Assembly (NCBI RefSeq): GCF_032062105.1
Contig: NW_026927400.1
Coordinates: 186,001 to 250,000, forward strand
From: Saccostrea cucullata
Lineage: Eukaryota
DNA length: 64,000 nucleotides
Reading direction: 5' to 3'
Made by a program: the position numbers and the translations under genes. Positions 1 through 14,421 of this stretch are shown here, piece after piece; position 1 is the stretch's first letter, and the number at the start of each line of letters is the position of its first letter. The notes under the pieces are model-generated. The model made no database searches, was not told where the DNA came from, and saw only the letters and a list, made by a program, of their open reading frames with translations.

Positions 1-2870
1 TTTACATTTTGAATATTTTCAAATGTTTAAAGCAACTTTCCATTGTTTATATAATTCATTTTCCTCACCTGTTTTAGTTATGAAGTAGGAACATAATAAA
101 GAGGCAAATAGTAATCACGTGAAAGGATTGTCTTATGAATGGTTTATAAACTGTACCTAAAATTGAATCTTTCTTTTAACCTCTTACTTAGTAAATCACA
201 ATTAAAATCGGTTAGAAATATTTCTTTACATTTCACTTTCTTCATTTGATTTTCCGTGCTCTGTTTCACTTGAACAGAACACATGTATAAAAGATGTATT
301 TTGTATTATGTCACCAAAGAGATGGTTATCTGTACTGTTCTTGTCTTCTTTTTTTCAATATATATATATGCACACTAAACGATACTCAACGTTTTTGTGC
401 AAAATTAGATTACCATTTCAAGTTTGACGAAATCGATTTGAAACTAAAACTGAATGAATATATTTTTTACATATTTTTTTTGGGGGGGGGGGGGGGGGTG
501 TCTACGGCCATGAAAGGTCATCTATTCATCTTCCTCCGTGACATCGGCTAACCTGACACCTGGGGTTTCACACTTCAATGCGATTGTATTAACCAATAAT
601 GAAATATTACGTCCAACACACGCTTATGGTTTTTGTACGAGGCGATGTGGTTAAGTATTAATCTACCGCTCTAATATTACACCTTTCTCCTAAATATTTA
701 GACAAATTATTTCTTCTTAGATATTATTTCAAAACATACTACTTTCCCGATATTTCGAAATTGAATAAAAAACACCACGTGATTTTTTTTTCCGCCTAGC
801 TGTCCCCACACAGCGAGGGAAGGGACAAGTCAGAAAAAAAAATCAATTTCCCTTTAAAATCATCACTAAAAATGGGGGTGGGGCTGTCTAAACTCAAAAA
901 TTCCAGGGGGGGGGGGGGTTAGGTTCAGACTCTTTATTGTCTTGTCCTGTAGTGCGCGAACTTGAGTATTCTGCAGCAAAAGAGGGGGGGGGGGGCAACT
1001 GGACTTTCCATGTATCCCCTACCCCTGCTACTTGCGTGCGACTACATAATAGACAATATTTTTCTTTAACCGCAAGAATATTTGCGTTTGTTTATTAATT
1101 CCTTTCCTTAAAGCCATATTAAGATTGTGAAATAGACTTAAGTATTTTGATTACAACGGAAGAAATTGATCTCGAGATATGCGGGGTATTTAGATACATG
1201 TATCAGAGTTTAGACTCAGCGTCCAAGATTTCATTAAAATGTGCTTAAATTTCATATCATATTTACAATAGTCAGTAAAATATTTTTTACATTCATGAAA
1301 GTTTTACACAAACCTCTTTTTTTCCGCATTTAACATCACCAGTGCTTACATTTATTTTTTTCATCTTTCTAAAATTTAGAATTCTTTAATTTGTTGTCTA
1401 CATTTGATGTTAATGTGTTTCATGATTTAAACGTTTTCACAACTTTTGGAAATTACACCCAGAATCACTTGTTTTTCGCTTAATCTATATTGTTTTATTT
1501 TTCTTCTGGTTTAGAAATATTCTAATTCATAATATCACTGTCGATGTAAAATTGTTAATTTCTTTAACATTGGGTATACTTGCTTTTGGGAAAAGTCTTC
1601 GATAGCTGTATTTAATTCTGAAATATATTGCAGTTCAGTTGAGTTCAGTTCCGAGTGGGATTCCATTTATCGGAACAATTTAAGAAAATTGAAACAATAA
1701 CAACTTTTACCATACATTTATTTTGCATGTATTTACATTTATTTGATTATTTCAAATTAATTTTTGAAACAAAATTTATTTTTAGCAAAGATTTTATGGC
1801 ATCCCAATTTTCCCTCCGTATTTTTTCTCTATCCTTAGCATATAAGCATATCGTTAGCATATTCTCTCGCTTTTAATTTAGTATAGAATTATTTATTGCT
1901 GTTGTAGAAGGTTTTAATGTCTCATGTTACAAATATCTATATCCAATCAAAGAGGAGTTATGCTTTTAGCTTGAAAATTAAACGGTTGTCTTTTTACCGG
2001 TATTGGGGGATTTTTTTTTTGGCCTGGCTACTCATCCCCCCCCCCCCCTTATAGATGAAAATCGACAGTTCATGTGGTCTGGCAATCGGGGTAAATTAGT
2101 ACGATTAACTATGGATTAAAATTAAAATGACTTAACATTTTAAATTATGGTACCCCGGTTTAAATTTTACAGCAAAAAGTTGCGTTTATAAAGAAGGGTA
2201 ATATTATGTGTGTAAGATCTCTCGCTTGCTCTCTCTGAAAAGAAATATACATGTGCAAAATGGAATATACCTTTTTTTATATTAAAACTTCTGAACATGA
2301 ATCAGATTTAAGCATGTATATGTAAATTGCTCAAAAAACAAATATGCAGCATCTTTAATTTAGTCAGGCATAGACATTGTTTTTATCGCTGTTCCTAGCA
2401 ATGTGCATGTCCAATGTCGCGTACATCAACATCAAGTTACACACTCAATTAAATAGATTATTATCAAACAGTGAATTTACCTACTAAATAGTAATAATTT
2501 TATGATAATATTATATATTTTAAAAATGTCCGTATCAAACACACATAGAATTTTTATAACACTTTGAAATCCAGTTTTATTTCTTGTGTACGAAACGTAG
2601 TCGACAACATTTACTTCCGTGTTTACAATACCGCGACTTTGACGTCGTTTTCTGAGCATTGTGACGTCAAAAGATAAGGGCCCTTTTCTCATGACGGCAG
2701 TCATATAACTCTGCATTTTTTTTATGTGGATCTATATATGTGTTAATGTGGTACTTGTGCTAAATTCGTACCTCTTATACCATACAGAGGTATTTTAAGA
2801 GAATAAATGAACTTATAATTCATAAATCTTGTTCAGTACAAAACCACCTAATTTTAAAAATGCATCAATA

Positions 2871-3157
2871 ATCGCTCTTCAACGAATTAATGTTTTTAAA
2901 ATAACTCATCGAGTACTATTTTATTATAGAATTAACACCGATGGCACCTTTTTAACACTATCCAAATTTCACTGAAACTAGGGTTGTTTGTTTGTTTATG
3001 TTTTCCTAAAATCAAATGGCATACATGTATCAGATAACTGAAACTAGAGTTAAAGTAGATGTTTATTATGAATTCTGTGTGCCTGCTGTAATAAATATTT
3101 ATAATGGAATAGTTCTCGATGAGTTATTTTAAAAATATTAATTCATTGTAGAGCGAC
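2871..3157. mobile_element. MITE-like element with ~58-bp imperfect terminal inverted repeats
   Basis: tcgctcttcaacgaattaatgtttttaaaataactcatcgagtactatt (from ~2872) is the near reverse complement of aatagttctcgatgagttattttaaaaatattaattcattgtagagcga (to ~3156); the spacer is non-coding. Confidence 0.6.
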
Positions 3158-3369
3158 ACATTCTCAAATATTCTCGATACACAACATGCAATAAAATAAC
3201 CCATTATCTTTAATTTAGATTATCAGAGCTAAGGAAGAGGTAAACATAGTACTGGAGTTAAACCTATTGTTACACCTCTATCACAAATACTGTCAGGTTC
3301 TGTACATCATTTCTTGTCGATCTTGCTATGATACTGTTTTTAAATCAAATGATGGGTTTTAATCAGGAG

Positions 3370-3700
3370 CAGAGCTAACACGGGTCTTTTAAACATCAGA
3401 CGTGGCATCGACCACCATAGAGGATTAAGCATCCCATGCCGACCGGTCACACCCACCTTGTGCTCCTTGTCATGATCGGGAAATAACGGGAAAGGAAGTC
3501 AATTCAGGAGTTAATAATGCCTGACAGTTAGTACGAAAAATGTCAGTCAGCATTTTACTTTAAAAAGGTTGTATTTGTTGACAGGGTTATTGTATCGACC
3601 ATAAATTTTCCGAAATTATGACATTAAACGAGACAGTTGATAATCTTAGTTTCTATCATCAACCTGTTTGTCAGTAACTTACCTGGTTTTCAAATATGAA
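3370..3700 (-). mobile_element. Penelope-like retroelement 3' fragment (RT C-terminus and 3' tail)
   Basis: Reverse complement matches the copy at 10270-10736 (tatggtcgatacaat; ggtgtgaccggtcggcatgggatgctt; ccgtgtt). Confidence 0.7.
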
Positions 3701-4399
3701 TAACATTTTTTCGAATATGGATAACAAAAAATTGCATTTATATCATAATTCTCATCAGATAAATAAAACAAATCCATAATGTATAATAAAGCAGTTATAA
3801 TTTAACACTCCATAGAAATATACAACTTTGAAAAAGCATTCAATTTGAATCACGTTAATTATTGTCTATACCAATAAGGGGTTTACCTCAGCCTAAATGT
3901 TTAAGATATTTGATACAATGAAACTACCTGAATCGAAAATGTTTGTAAATCAGAAAAAAGCTGTCAATTCTTATCAAAATCTTTTCGCGGTTTTCGTAAA
4001 AAAAAACAAAACAAAAACAAACATGTTATTAGACAACACTGAGCAACTGTGGTTTTAACTTGTTACCACATTACGTCATTCGAAAATTGCAGTTGCAAAT
4101 ACATAAAAACATAGATAATTTTTCAATTTTTATTTCATCTCTATTAACTAGGTTTTCCTACTTTGAAGTATTTTTCCTTAGAATTTTTTTACACATGAAT
4201 GAAAAACCGCAATACCTGGTTTTATCACGTTACAAAAAATATGATCACAGGAAAATAATCATGTTATAATTTTTTATTTGTGTGCACCTAGTAAATTTGA
4301 ATTTGAACTTCTTGAGATTGCATTGAATTAGCAAAGAACATTGAATACGAATCCTTTAATGTACTTAAAGTTCTCAACACCTGTAAGGAATATGTTTCA

Positions 4400-4590
4400 G
4401 TGCACAGTGGCCGGAGACGGATGCTCCAGTAAGATGATCCTTAGTTTCTGGGTTCGAATCCTCTGTGTAGCAAGGAAGCTGGTCTTAAGGATCAGACCGT
4501 ATAAACCGAGGTCTTATGTTGCAGTAGATGTTTGCACAAAAAGACCTCTAATTGCTTAAAGGCTATACGTGCCGAGTACATATCGTAACA
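4400..4590 (+). mobile_element. tRNA-derived SINE, degraded
   Basis: B-box-like GGTTCGAATCC at ~4451, followed by the family core gaccgtataaaccgaggtc...gcagtag shared with the copies at 33311 and 41019. Confidence 0.7.
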
Positions 4591-7248
4591 TCACTCGGCC
4601 TGCTACGTGAAGTCGACTTTTTTCTCGATTTGACAGAAAAGGCCGAGTGCTAAATGAGTGGAGTCCCCCAGCGGCAAGAGGTGACTTCCCAGTATTAAAG
4701 AAAAAAAATAATCTATAAGGGACGATTAGCAAAAGATTATTATGGTTTAGAATCTGGACTAAAAATACTAGTAGCTATAATTGTAAGTTAAAATACTAAT
4801 TTATTAATGCGGGAAACCTTTGAAATTAAAGATATGCTTGTCATTACTTAATGGAAACTTAAATGCAACACAATACCTCATTAAATTCTGGGGAAAATGA
4901 AAAACCTTTACTATGTTGTGCTGTCTGAAAGAAAGCCGTAATAAAATTGAGCTATATCCATATTTTTTTTTATTATGAATACTACTGAAAAAGAGTAGTA
5001 ATTGAAATTAAAACGCTTTATGTCCTATCTAAATGGAAGCTAGATGAAATTTCGAACAATTTCAAAAATTGACTTTCAGACAATAACATAATGAAGAATA
5101 AAACCTTTATCTTTTATGCCACTGGAGAAATCTCCAGGATTTTGAATGAGAGTTACTAATTAACTAAAACATAGGGAATGGTTCCCTTTGGAGCAAATTT
5201 GATTATGCTACTTTTCTATTATTTGTTTTCCTATTTTTCAGATTGTTGGATCTGTTTTACAAGGAGGAAAATCAGCTATTACCACACTGACAATTTTGTG
5301 CCTCAATTTCAAAGATTGTCATAACTGACCATTTTTCTTTCTGTTTCTCTGTTCATCTATCATTCAGCTCTCTGTGCCTGTCATAATTTTTAAAAGGGGC
5401 ATGGCTACGGTTTCAACAAAAAAATTTTTGACCAATTTTAATGTTTATTAATCTTAACTAAGGCACTTCTAATGATCAGCAAACATTTTCATGTGTTTTG
5501 TTGATTTACAAAGGATATACAGAGCTTAATACTCCCTTTAATGTAAACAAAGCTCGTGGTTTGATTTTGTTTATGTATAGAAAATACCATGTTTATAATA
5601 AGAAAACGAGATTCAACGAACCACCAGAAACTGTCTAATTGTATTTAGAATTTACTTGCTTATTGAAAATAAAAACAGCCTGCTTTGAGCTAACATAGTA
5701 TAATATTTCCATTTCTAATTTTTTTCTCTGTGATAACTCTTTGAAAGTTGTCGGAGTTTATTTCTTGATAATTCTGCCGGAATGTAAATTAGACAGGTCG
5801 ATAGGTCAGGAGCTAAGGAGGCCTAACATGCATGCAAATCTCGTGCGCATCTGTCTCTGTGTCTGATGCTAAGGAGGCGAAATATGCATGTAAATCTCGT
5901 GCGACTGCCTTTGTGTTTGACGTCAGTGGGCAAGGACTATTGAAATTAGCATGGAGGTCCTCGTGTGATTTAAGTCTATGTCTACATTTTTAAAGTCTAA
6001 ATCTACAATTTTATTTCACAATGAAATGGAAATATAAGGAATCACTGTCTAGTTTTGAGAGTATGCCAGGGACATCAACAATAGTGGGAAACATGGGATA
6101 ATTTTAGCATAATGGGCTTCGCCCGTTATGCAAATTATCCCATGTTTCCCACAATTGTTGATGCCCTGGCATACTCTCAAAACTAGACAGTGATTCCTTA
6201 ATTTAACCCAACTAGACAAAAACGTGGCACGGGACCTGTTTACATAATTAAATTTAACTCCTAAAAGAAGCTCTAAATCTCTCTTGTTTCTAAAATCTGA
6301 CATTCAAATTTTTTATGATCATTAAAAATACCTTAGTTAAGAATTGCAGACATAAAAAATGGAGACAAAAAATTGATAAATTTTAGCGGAACTTTGATCA
6401 TGTGCGAACAATAAGATATTCTTATTGTTCGATTTGGTGGTCATTTGAAAGCAATATATCAATTTTCATTCATGTCCTCATACACGTATCGATTTAGTAG
6501 ATCCGACTAATAGGTTATACAGTTATGATGATTATTTACATATATATTCTACTTTCACTGTGCTCAGTGCTGCGGACTGAAATTTAATTGTCCATTATGC
6601 TAATAAAATCATGTTCAATTTTTAACATTTTATAGTTTTAAAAAATGTTGTTACTAAATCATATAAGAGATAACATGTTTCATTTAATTGATTTGAATCT
6701 TGATTCTTAATCATATCTCTGATTTTCAATAAAGCAATGCACTGCCACTGCTTGTGTTTTTTATGACTTCAATCGTTTTCAAAAGATAAAAAGGGTTTAA
6801 AATCTTGCTAGTAATTAAGATAAAGAAAATATATCAATATAGCGTGGAGCTAAAAGTAGAACGTGTTTGACAGTTTTTTAAATAGAAATTTTTACACAAT
6901 TTATGTGTACAATTAATAATAATAAAAGCATTATTTGTCTTCATTTCTTACATAATTTGCATTTTTCCTAGTGCTCAAATATTGATTATAGTATTCGATA
7001 TTCGGACCATACGAGATGGGTTCTTTGAGTAACCGGCTTTTTTTTTAGCAATCACATTTCTTTTTCACCAAGAAAATATCTTTATGAACATAAGCAGGTC
7101 TATCTATGTGATAAACAATATCACTTTGCATTGCATGCGCATTCGTTTTTATTTTTTTTCAGGTTTTCTCGTTAGAAACCTATGAATTAGTAATGATATA
7201 TAAATGTTTCCCCCATCCGTCCTATCTAAAGTCAAAAATTCTATTACG

Positions 7249-7251
<3 letters not shown>

Positions 7252-7279
<28 letters not shown>
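7252..7279. repeat. (CT)n microsatellite
   Basis: Directly visible. Confidence 0.95.
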
Positions 7280-7284
<5 letters not shown>

Positions 7285-10107
7285 TGGTCTTATTTCAATA
7301 TGACTTAATACACATGTATATTTAACTTCAACAACCACAACCGGTTTCCCATGGTTATTAAAATAGAAACTTATGTTGAATGCTATGATTAAAAAATACA
7401 GCTACTTTTGTAAAAATTGTGACATTCTTTCAAAGAATTGGTCTAATTGAAGTAAGACTTTATTCACAAACAGATCATACAATGAATCGTATTTCTTTAT
7501 TATAATTACAATAACATACCAGTAGACTTCTTATACAAACACTTCTGGTTAAAGCATTTGTCTTAGAAAATGTTCTAGAAACAACAGAAAAATTCTACAC
7601 AATACGAAAAATACCAGCTAAATAGAACTTGTTATCTTGTCAACTCAAGTTTACAACATGTATTTTTACAACCATTTCAGTGTAATATACATTTGTTATA
7701 AGTTTCTTCGCCAACTATTATCTTCAGACGTTTGTAATATATCTTGAAAGACAAAAACAGGAACTGCATGTGATTTTTATAGCCAAGCATCCTCAGATTA
7801 CAATGGACAAGTCTATATATCTCAAGTAATCTTACAACAGGGCAAACATGCATCTGACAGAATTCGTGCATCCTTTGTATAAATTCATGTTGTACAACTC
7901 CCTTCAAGAATGCATGCACTAGATGCACGGAGAATGTTTAATGTTTTCATCTTCAAAGAGTGCATCGGGACTTTATAAAAAGTTAATTTTAGAAAAATTC
8001 GTGTACATTGAAATCAGTAATAAAGTAAATTACAGATAAGCAAGTAATATTTACATATAAATTTTAAACTATGAGCATGGTTTAAGAAAAATTTTGTTTG
8101 TTTTTTGTTTTTGTTGGTAAATTGTGTTCATTAATATTTCTAAGATAAATGAAAGTTATCTGTGATTTCTGCAGCAATGAAGAACAAAACTGTGTCCAGA
8201 TTTTATTGTTTGCAGTGTATTCTGACCTAAAGTATTTACAAAGTTAAAAACTTATTTTATTTTGCTATCTATTACCCGGAAAACGTCTCGTTAGTGAAGG
8301 AAGAAGAATCCATAAATGCCAAATAGAATTTTTCGCCAGATAAACTCTTGCCAAAATATTGAATGGATTTCAATGCAATATACTAGAGGCTTGTCACAAT
8401 TTATTTTATTATACAAAATTATATGCATCTTAATTCTACTGAATGCCGGAATTTGTCTGAAATTATTCGTGAAATGCAGCTATTATAGGAATATCTTTAA
8501 TCTTACTTCCGTTCTCTATGATTTTTTATTTGAAGTAAGTTCGATGTGATCCTATCATTTCTTATGCGGTAACTTGGACGCTACTCAAAAGATTTTCAGC
8601 CATATAGCAATTAAGCATGTCTTCGGTGTTGATAACCATCTGTAGATTATACAGTGTATAATTGGTTTAGTAATAAATATCAGACTGATTATTCAATTAA
8701 GGTATTTTGTTATTTATAATCCGTCTGCTTATTACATCAGCTGATCTGCGTCTTGGTGACCAAAACAAAAGATCAATAGAGTAAGTGGTCAATAAAGTTT
8801 GTACTCTTTTTCTTGCAATTTGCACTAGAAGAACTCTTATTTGTTTTCTAATGGTCAGTGTGTGAGTCACACTGACACGTGCTTTGCTTCTTTTAACAAG
8901 GAAATATTGTTTTGAATAATATTTTCTGTGTTATTTCCAAGGGCATGACCTCCAATTGACTTAAAACATGCTTTCTAAAATATTATGATACCCTTTTACA
9001 AGCAGGTAAAATTTTTTTAAATTCTTAGAAATGGGTATTTGAGTCTCAGATTCATTTTCTTGAAAAATATACCAACCGATGTCGATTTTTATAACTGATT
9101 TAGTTAAACTATTTTTGGCTTATGAAATCTTTTTTTTTTAAATAAAAGGGAAGGGAATGTTCCATTGTAACAGATATTTATGAGGACCAGAAATTTCTCA
9201 CACCTTGCAGTGACATAATTAACATAGACAAAAAAAGGATCGTTTAAGTAACAATCAAAGTCCTTTTATAAAGTATAATAATTACAATTGTCAGTGTGTA
9301 CTTTATAGTTTCCTCTGTTCAATATATTAATGAGTGCAGTACCCCTTTGGTTGTCCTTATTCTTGTACTTTTAAGCAAAGTTCTCATTGTTTGAGTTATT
9401 TGTAAGTATCGCAAAACGACAATTTGTCTATGATTTGATATTAGAGGACAGTGAACTATACCATTTGTGTAAAAATGAATTCCTTTCTTCCTTTTTCGAT
9501 ATAAAGAATCTGTAAAATTGAAGCTATTTAACATGCGTCTGTGCCTTTATTTTTTCGTGAATCAACGAAAAAGCGTGACTCGTAGCAAAAGAGTATTAAA
9601 AAGAAATAGGCTATATAAGTACAGCGCTTTGCACTGGAAATTATAAGCTTTGACACATTTTTGTCTGCACATTGTACTTTCAAGAGAAGCTGTTTTCGAA
9701 TAGAATTGTAACTCACTTAACTTAAAAGCGCCGTTTTTCATTTGACAATTTTTAAAAAAATTCTTTTATAGAAATGATATGATTTATAACTTTTATAGGT
9801 TTGGAAAAAATAAATTTAGGTTTATCATTAGTGTCGATGAAATGCATGTATATATCAAGAAACAAAATTGATGACTATAATGTACATGTGTACCCCTTTA
9901 ATAGAGATGTTCCTTATAATTAACTTCATATATTATTTGGTATGATAATGCCACTTCCAGCTAGATATCACAGGAAACCAAGAAAATACATAAATAGGAA
10001 AATATTGATCAATTAATGTCGGTAAAGTGTATTGTCTATGACATTTCCAGGTACCATTTAAAAAGACAAACCCATTTCCTTTTAGAAAAAAATCAAATAA
10101 GAAATAC

Positions 10108-11070
10108 TATACACCCCGCTTAACCCCGGCTGGAAAATAGGGAGGGCATATATTGATCAGGATGTCCGTCCGTCCGTCTGTACGCCCGTCCGTTCGTTAC
10201 GCTTTGGGGTACTCATCTCTTATCTGCGACTCCTATTAAACCACTGAATAAAATTAAATGAAACTTTCATCCCCTGCATACGGGATTTATATCTCTCAGT
10301 TGTTTCGATATGCAAGAGCATGTTCTACTTATAAACAATTTTTTAAATGAGGTAAGATATTGAAAAACAAGTTGCAGAAACAAGAATATCAGCAGTCTCA
10401 TTTAAAGTCATCATTTCCTAAAATCTATGGTCGATACAATGACCTTGTCAGCAAATACAATTTTTCATAAAGTAAAATACTGATTACCGTTTTTCAAACT
10501 TATTGTTAGGCCATTATTTAAACACTGAATTGTCGACGGATTTTTCAGATATTTTTCAATCATGACAAGGAGCACACGGCGGGTGTTACCGGTCAGCAGG
10601 GGATGCTCACTCCTCCATGTCACCTGATCCCACCTCTGATATTTTGGGGCTCCGTGTTTGCTCTGCTCCTAATTTGTATTGTTTAATGGACTTTTGAGTT
10701 TGAATGCTGTACGTTATCTCCATATATCTCATTTCACAGAATCTGTGTTACATAGTCTCATTGTCTATCTCCTTTTTTATTTTTTGATCGGACATATATT
10801 TCGGGTTTCCCATAGCAAAACATTGGTACTGCTATTCTTTCTATAATATTGAAAGGTACCCATCGCTTATCCGCAACTCCTCTTACACCACTGAATGAAA
10901 TTTAATAAAACTTAAACAGAATCTTTGTTACATACGGCCACTGTGCATCTTCCTTTTTACCTTTTGATCTGACACTTATTTCGGGTACCTCAGAGCAAAG
11001 CATCGACTTTCATTGCCATTTTAACAATATTGGAGGCGGGGTATGAGCACAGTACTCACAGCACCTATAA
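10108..11070. mobile_element. Non-autonomous Helentron-type (HINE-like) element interrupted by a Penelope-like insertion
   Basis: (gtcc)n microsatellite near the left end; internal repeated units (tatc.gc.actcct....accactgaat at ~10220 and ~10868; cagaatct.tgttacata at ~10736 and ~10916); ccccgc at the left end and gcgggg near the right end. Family assignment is from recalled architecture. Confidence 0.55.
10270..10736 (+). mobile_element. 5'-truncated Penelope-like retroelement
   Basis: Translates as SPAYGIYISQLFRYARACSTYKQFFK*GKILKNKLQKQEYQQSHLKSSFPKIYGRYNDLVSKY, typical of the PLE RT C-terminal region, then a conserved 3' tail; TTTCA is duplicated at 10265-10269 and 10732-10736. Confidence 0.8.
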
Positions 11071-13810
11071 TTTAAATATATATTAGTTTTTGATTTCTAC
11101 TTTTTTCTATTTCTACTATTTTCTAATAATCCTCTTGTAAACTTCTTTATGGTTTATATCTATAGTATTTGAGATACAATCACAAATGTTAATTTAAAGA
11201 CATTTATTTGAAGCCTTAAATCTCAGGAATTTTTTTTTAATTATTTCTTTATTTAAATTAGAAATCACTCACATATATATAAGCAATAAATAATGCATGA
11301 TGGAATAATATAACGTTATTTCAACTATATTGATCGGTATATCCTTGTTCAATGTGCATAAAATATAAGTTTAGGTAATTACCCTGTTTTCACGAAATCA
11401 GACAATTCATAATTTCACAAAGAGAAACTGTAAGTTCTAAAAATAAATATCATTACTTGTTAACCTTTTCAGATTGTTTGTCCTTGAGAAAATGTATTGA
11501 GCTATTTTAAAACACGTTTTTTTTTCCATAAACAATTCTTTGACTTCAGTTTTCTTTGTAACTTCAGCGTAAATAATTCAAATGTATATCATGAATCATG
11601 TACGACACCCTTTACCCCTGCCTGGCAGCGGGAGGTTATAAAGGTTAAAACAAGAACAGTTCTAAATTCAGAGTCTTGCTTTAACGTACAGTAAAAACTA
11701 AATTTGAGATAATGCATATAATGGTTTTTAGCCGCTGATATTTTGCCACTTCCTTTCATTTAGTGAAAGAGAAACCCATTTTTTAAAATATAGGTGAAAA
11801 GAAAACATATATATTGTATCAAAGGTAACATTAAAGGGGGCAGTGTCTGTTTCTATTTTAATTTCCAAAAGTGATAATTTTTGTTCTAAGTTTCAATGTA
11901 TACATAAACATTGGACAGATTTGTTATACAAAATCAAAATATTAAGCTTGCCAAATCAAAACTTTTAAAGAGCAATTTTAGAAACATCTTTCACTTATTG
12001 AAAATAATTTATACATTTTTAGAACAAACCCATATATCTAAGACTGAATCTAATTATAAAATTCATGCATATTAGATGAAAAAAATATTTACAAGGGCTT
12101 GACATATAAAAAAATTTTCTTTTCAGGATATGATCTAGAGCACTACACCCTCGTCAATTCTAGAATCAAGTCGATTTTGTTCCGTCTTTCAGATAAAGAG
12201 GGATAATCTTGTCTTGAATTCCCAAGAGGAGAGTCATTAAAAACTTGGAAGAAAATAATCAACTTTCTACGATTAAAAAGAATATTTTCGCCATAAATAA
12301 CACTGGGTGTTTCTCCTATCACTTACTTGATGAACTGAATAAATAAAAAATACATAAAGGAGCTGTATATACCAGTATAAATACATGTAGGTATGTCTTA
12401 ATTTGACAATCAGAGTAAAATACATGTGTATTGTAGAAGGAGGATAGGTTTTCATCTGGCTTAACTCGCACCATTGGAAATTCTAACAGAGTGTAGGACG
12501 ACTTTTACAATGAGGAGTCCAAACTTGAAAAAAAATATTAGGCTTACTTGTACATAGAAACAGATAGAGTTAATAAAGTACGTTCAGAAAATCAGTTACA
12601 TGATATAATGTTCTTTGTGATATCCAAAAATATTTGCAAAGTGTCATAAGATTAGACTTTGGTTGTTATTGATTTGGAAAAAAAGTTTTTGATATCAAAT
12701 TTTCTAAAAGTTCTTTAGAGTTTTTTTTTCAGTATCTAAGTTTAATAAAACAAAACTTCTCATATATTATTACACAGAACTTCTGATGTTTCCTTCACTG
12801 CTGATTGTAATTTAATGAGGAATAAAAGAAGTCTCGTAGAACAATTATTATTATATCCCACTATATTCTACAATGTTTAAGCTCTGGAACCCAGTATAGT
12901 GTAGGACATCTAAATTCATTATAACTGTTGATTATTCTGAAAATGATATGATTTTGAAACCTCTTAGAAATTAAGCTATTTATTTTTGGTTGTTTGCATA
13001 TTTTATGTCTTCGAAGTTATCTAATAAAGTCAGCTAGCAATCACCAATGCATCAAAAAATCTTATGTTGATTTGTATTTTAATAAGGATTAAATAAAGTC
13101 TTGCTAAAACATCATTTACAATTTCTAATAGTATAAGTAAGCTACAAAGGCAAGAATCATTATTTTGAATTAATAAGTGGTACTATTCTTATTAATTATT
13201 GGATGTTTTCAACATATGCCACAAGAGATGATTTCAGCCTTTCCATTGTCATTTCTAATTTGTGAAGCACAGTATGTTCGATATCATTTGCATATTTGCT
13301 TAACATCCCCCAAAAGCATGCTCTGGGTGCGCTCAATGTTAATTATTTTTTTTATTCGTGTAAGCCTTTAATATTTCTCTATTATAATTACACGGGTTGG
13401 TCAGTCTCTAAGAATCTTTCTATTGAATCTTACTGAATAATAAATGGTTTATACATAATATGACCATGTTATAAACTTTCTAATAACACAAAAAAGAATG
13501 TAAAGTAATATAATTTTATTGACAATTTAAATTCACAACAAATATTACAATACCAAATATATAAGTATGACGGGGTAAAACAAAAGTTGACAATTACCAT
13601 AAACTAAAATCGAGAAAGATAGTACAATTGTAACACTTTAACTTATAAATAAGCCTAAACAATCCTACACCTGCATTTGTTCAGCACTAGTGAAACAATA
13701 TTTATTTTATTATATACTAGGTTTTAAACATTTCAATAGTTTCAGAAACCTTGTATACATGTACAGATATTTTCAAAATTTGATTGAATTTTTTCTTGAC
13801 AAAGTGTTGT

Positions 13811-13813
<3 letters not shown>

Positions 13814-13893
<80 letters not shown>
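13814..13893. repeat. (GA)n microsatellite
   Basis: Directly visible; explains the poly-ER ORF at 13690-14022. Confidence 0.95.
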
Positions 13894-13898
<5 letters not shown>

Positions 13899-14421
13899 CC
13901 TTTTTTTAACAATAACCAATAAAGAGGTGTTAGATGTGAATCGAAAGATCTACGCCCGCAAGTTAAAACATATTGCCATTAATAAAAATATAATAAATTT
14001 ACATAAAATGAGTAAATATTAACAATATTAACACAACACAAAATTTTATCCAGGAAGTCATCAAATAAATACAACACCCGGTAAAGAGCAAAGTAATATC
14101 ATTCATATAAGATTCGAATCACAAAACATGGAGCATTTGAAACTTTAAATGATGACATCTTTAGGTGCCTCGTTGTAAAGATTATAGATGAGATCATGAG
14201 GGTCTGATATGGACAAGAATCTCTTATAGGTTCATTTGTGATACATTGACCAGCTGTACAAAAAATAATATAAAAAAACCTTTAAACAAATTTGGGATAT
14301 TACTTGACTCTGATATCAGGCAATCTTTAAAATAATTTAATGTTTGCTTGCCATCTCACTCAGGGGAAAATTATTGGGACTGTTGGTAGGTGGGAAAATA
14401 TTTCCCCAGGAAATTTCAACA

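Noticed and set aside
482-2048. Poly-G/C runs as G-quadruplex or regulatory elements
   Set aside because: Isolated homopolymers typical of degraded repeats; no associated gene evidence.
5242-5330. Possible plus-strand exon after ttttcag
   Set aside because: Short, no recognisable protein motif and no partner exons.
7729-7990. Cys-rich stretch faintly resembling a kringle/EGF-like exon
   Set aside because: Requires frame changes and stops; motif spacing is not convincing.
13690-14022. Poly-ER / poly-LS ORFs (also 16743-16946 and 49821-50012)
   Set aside because: Translations of (GA)n microsatellites.
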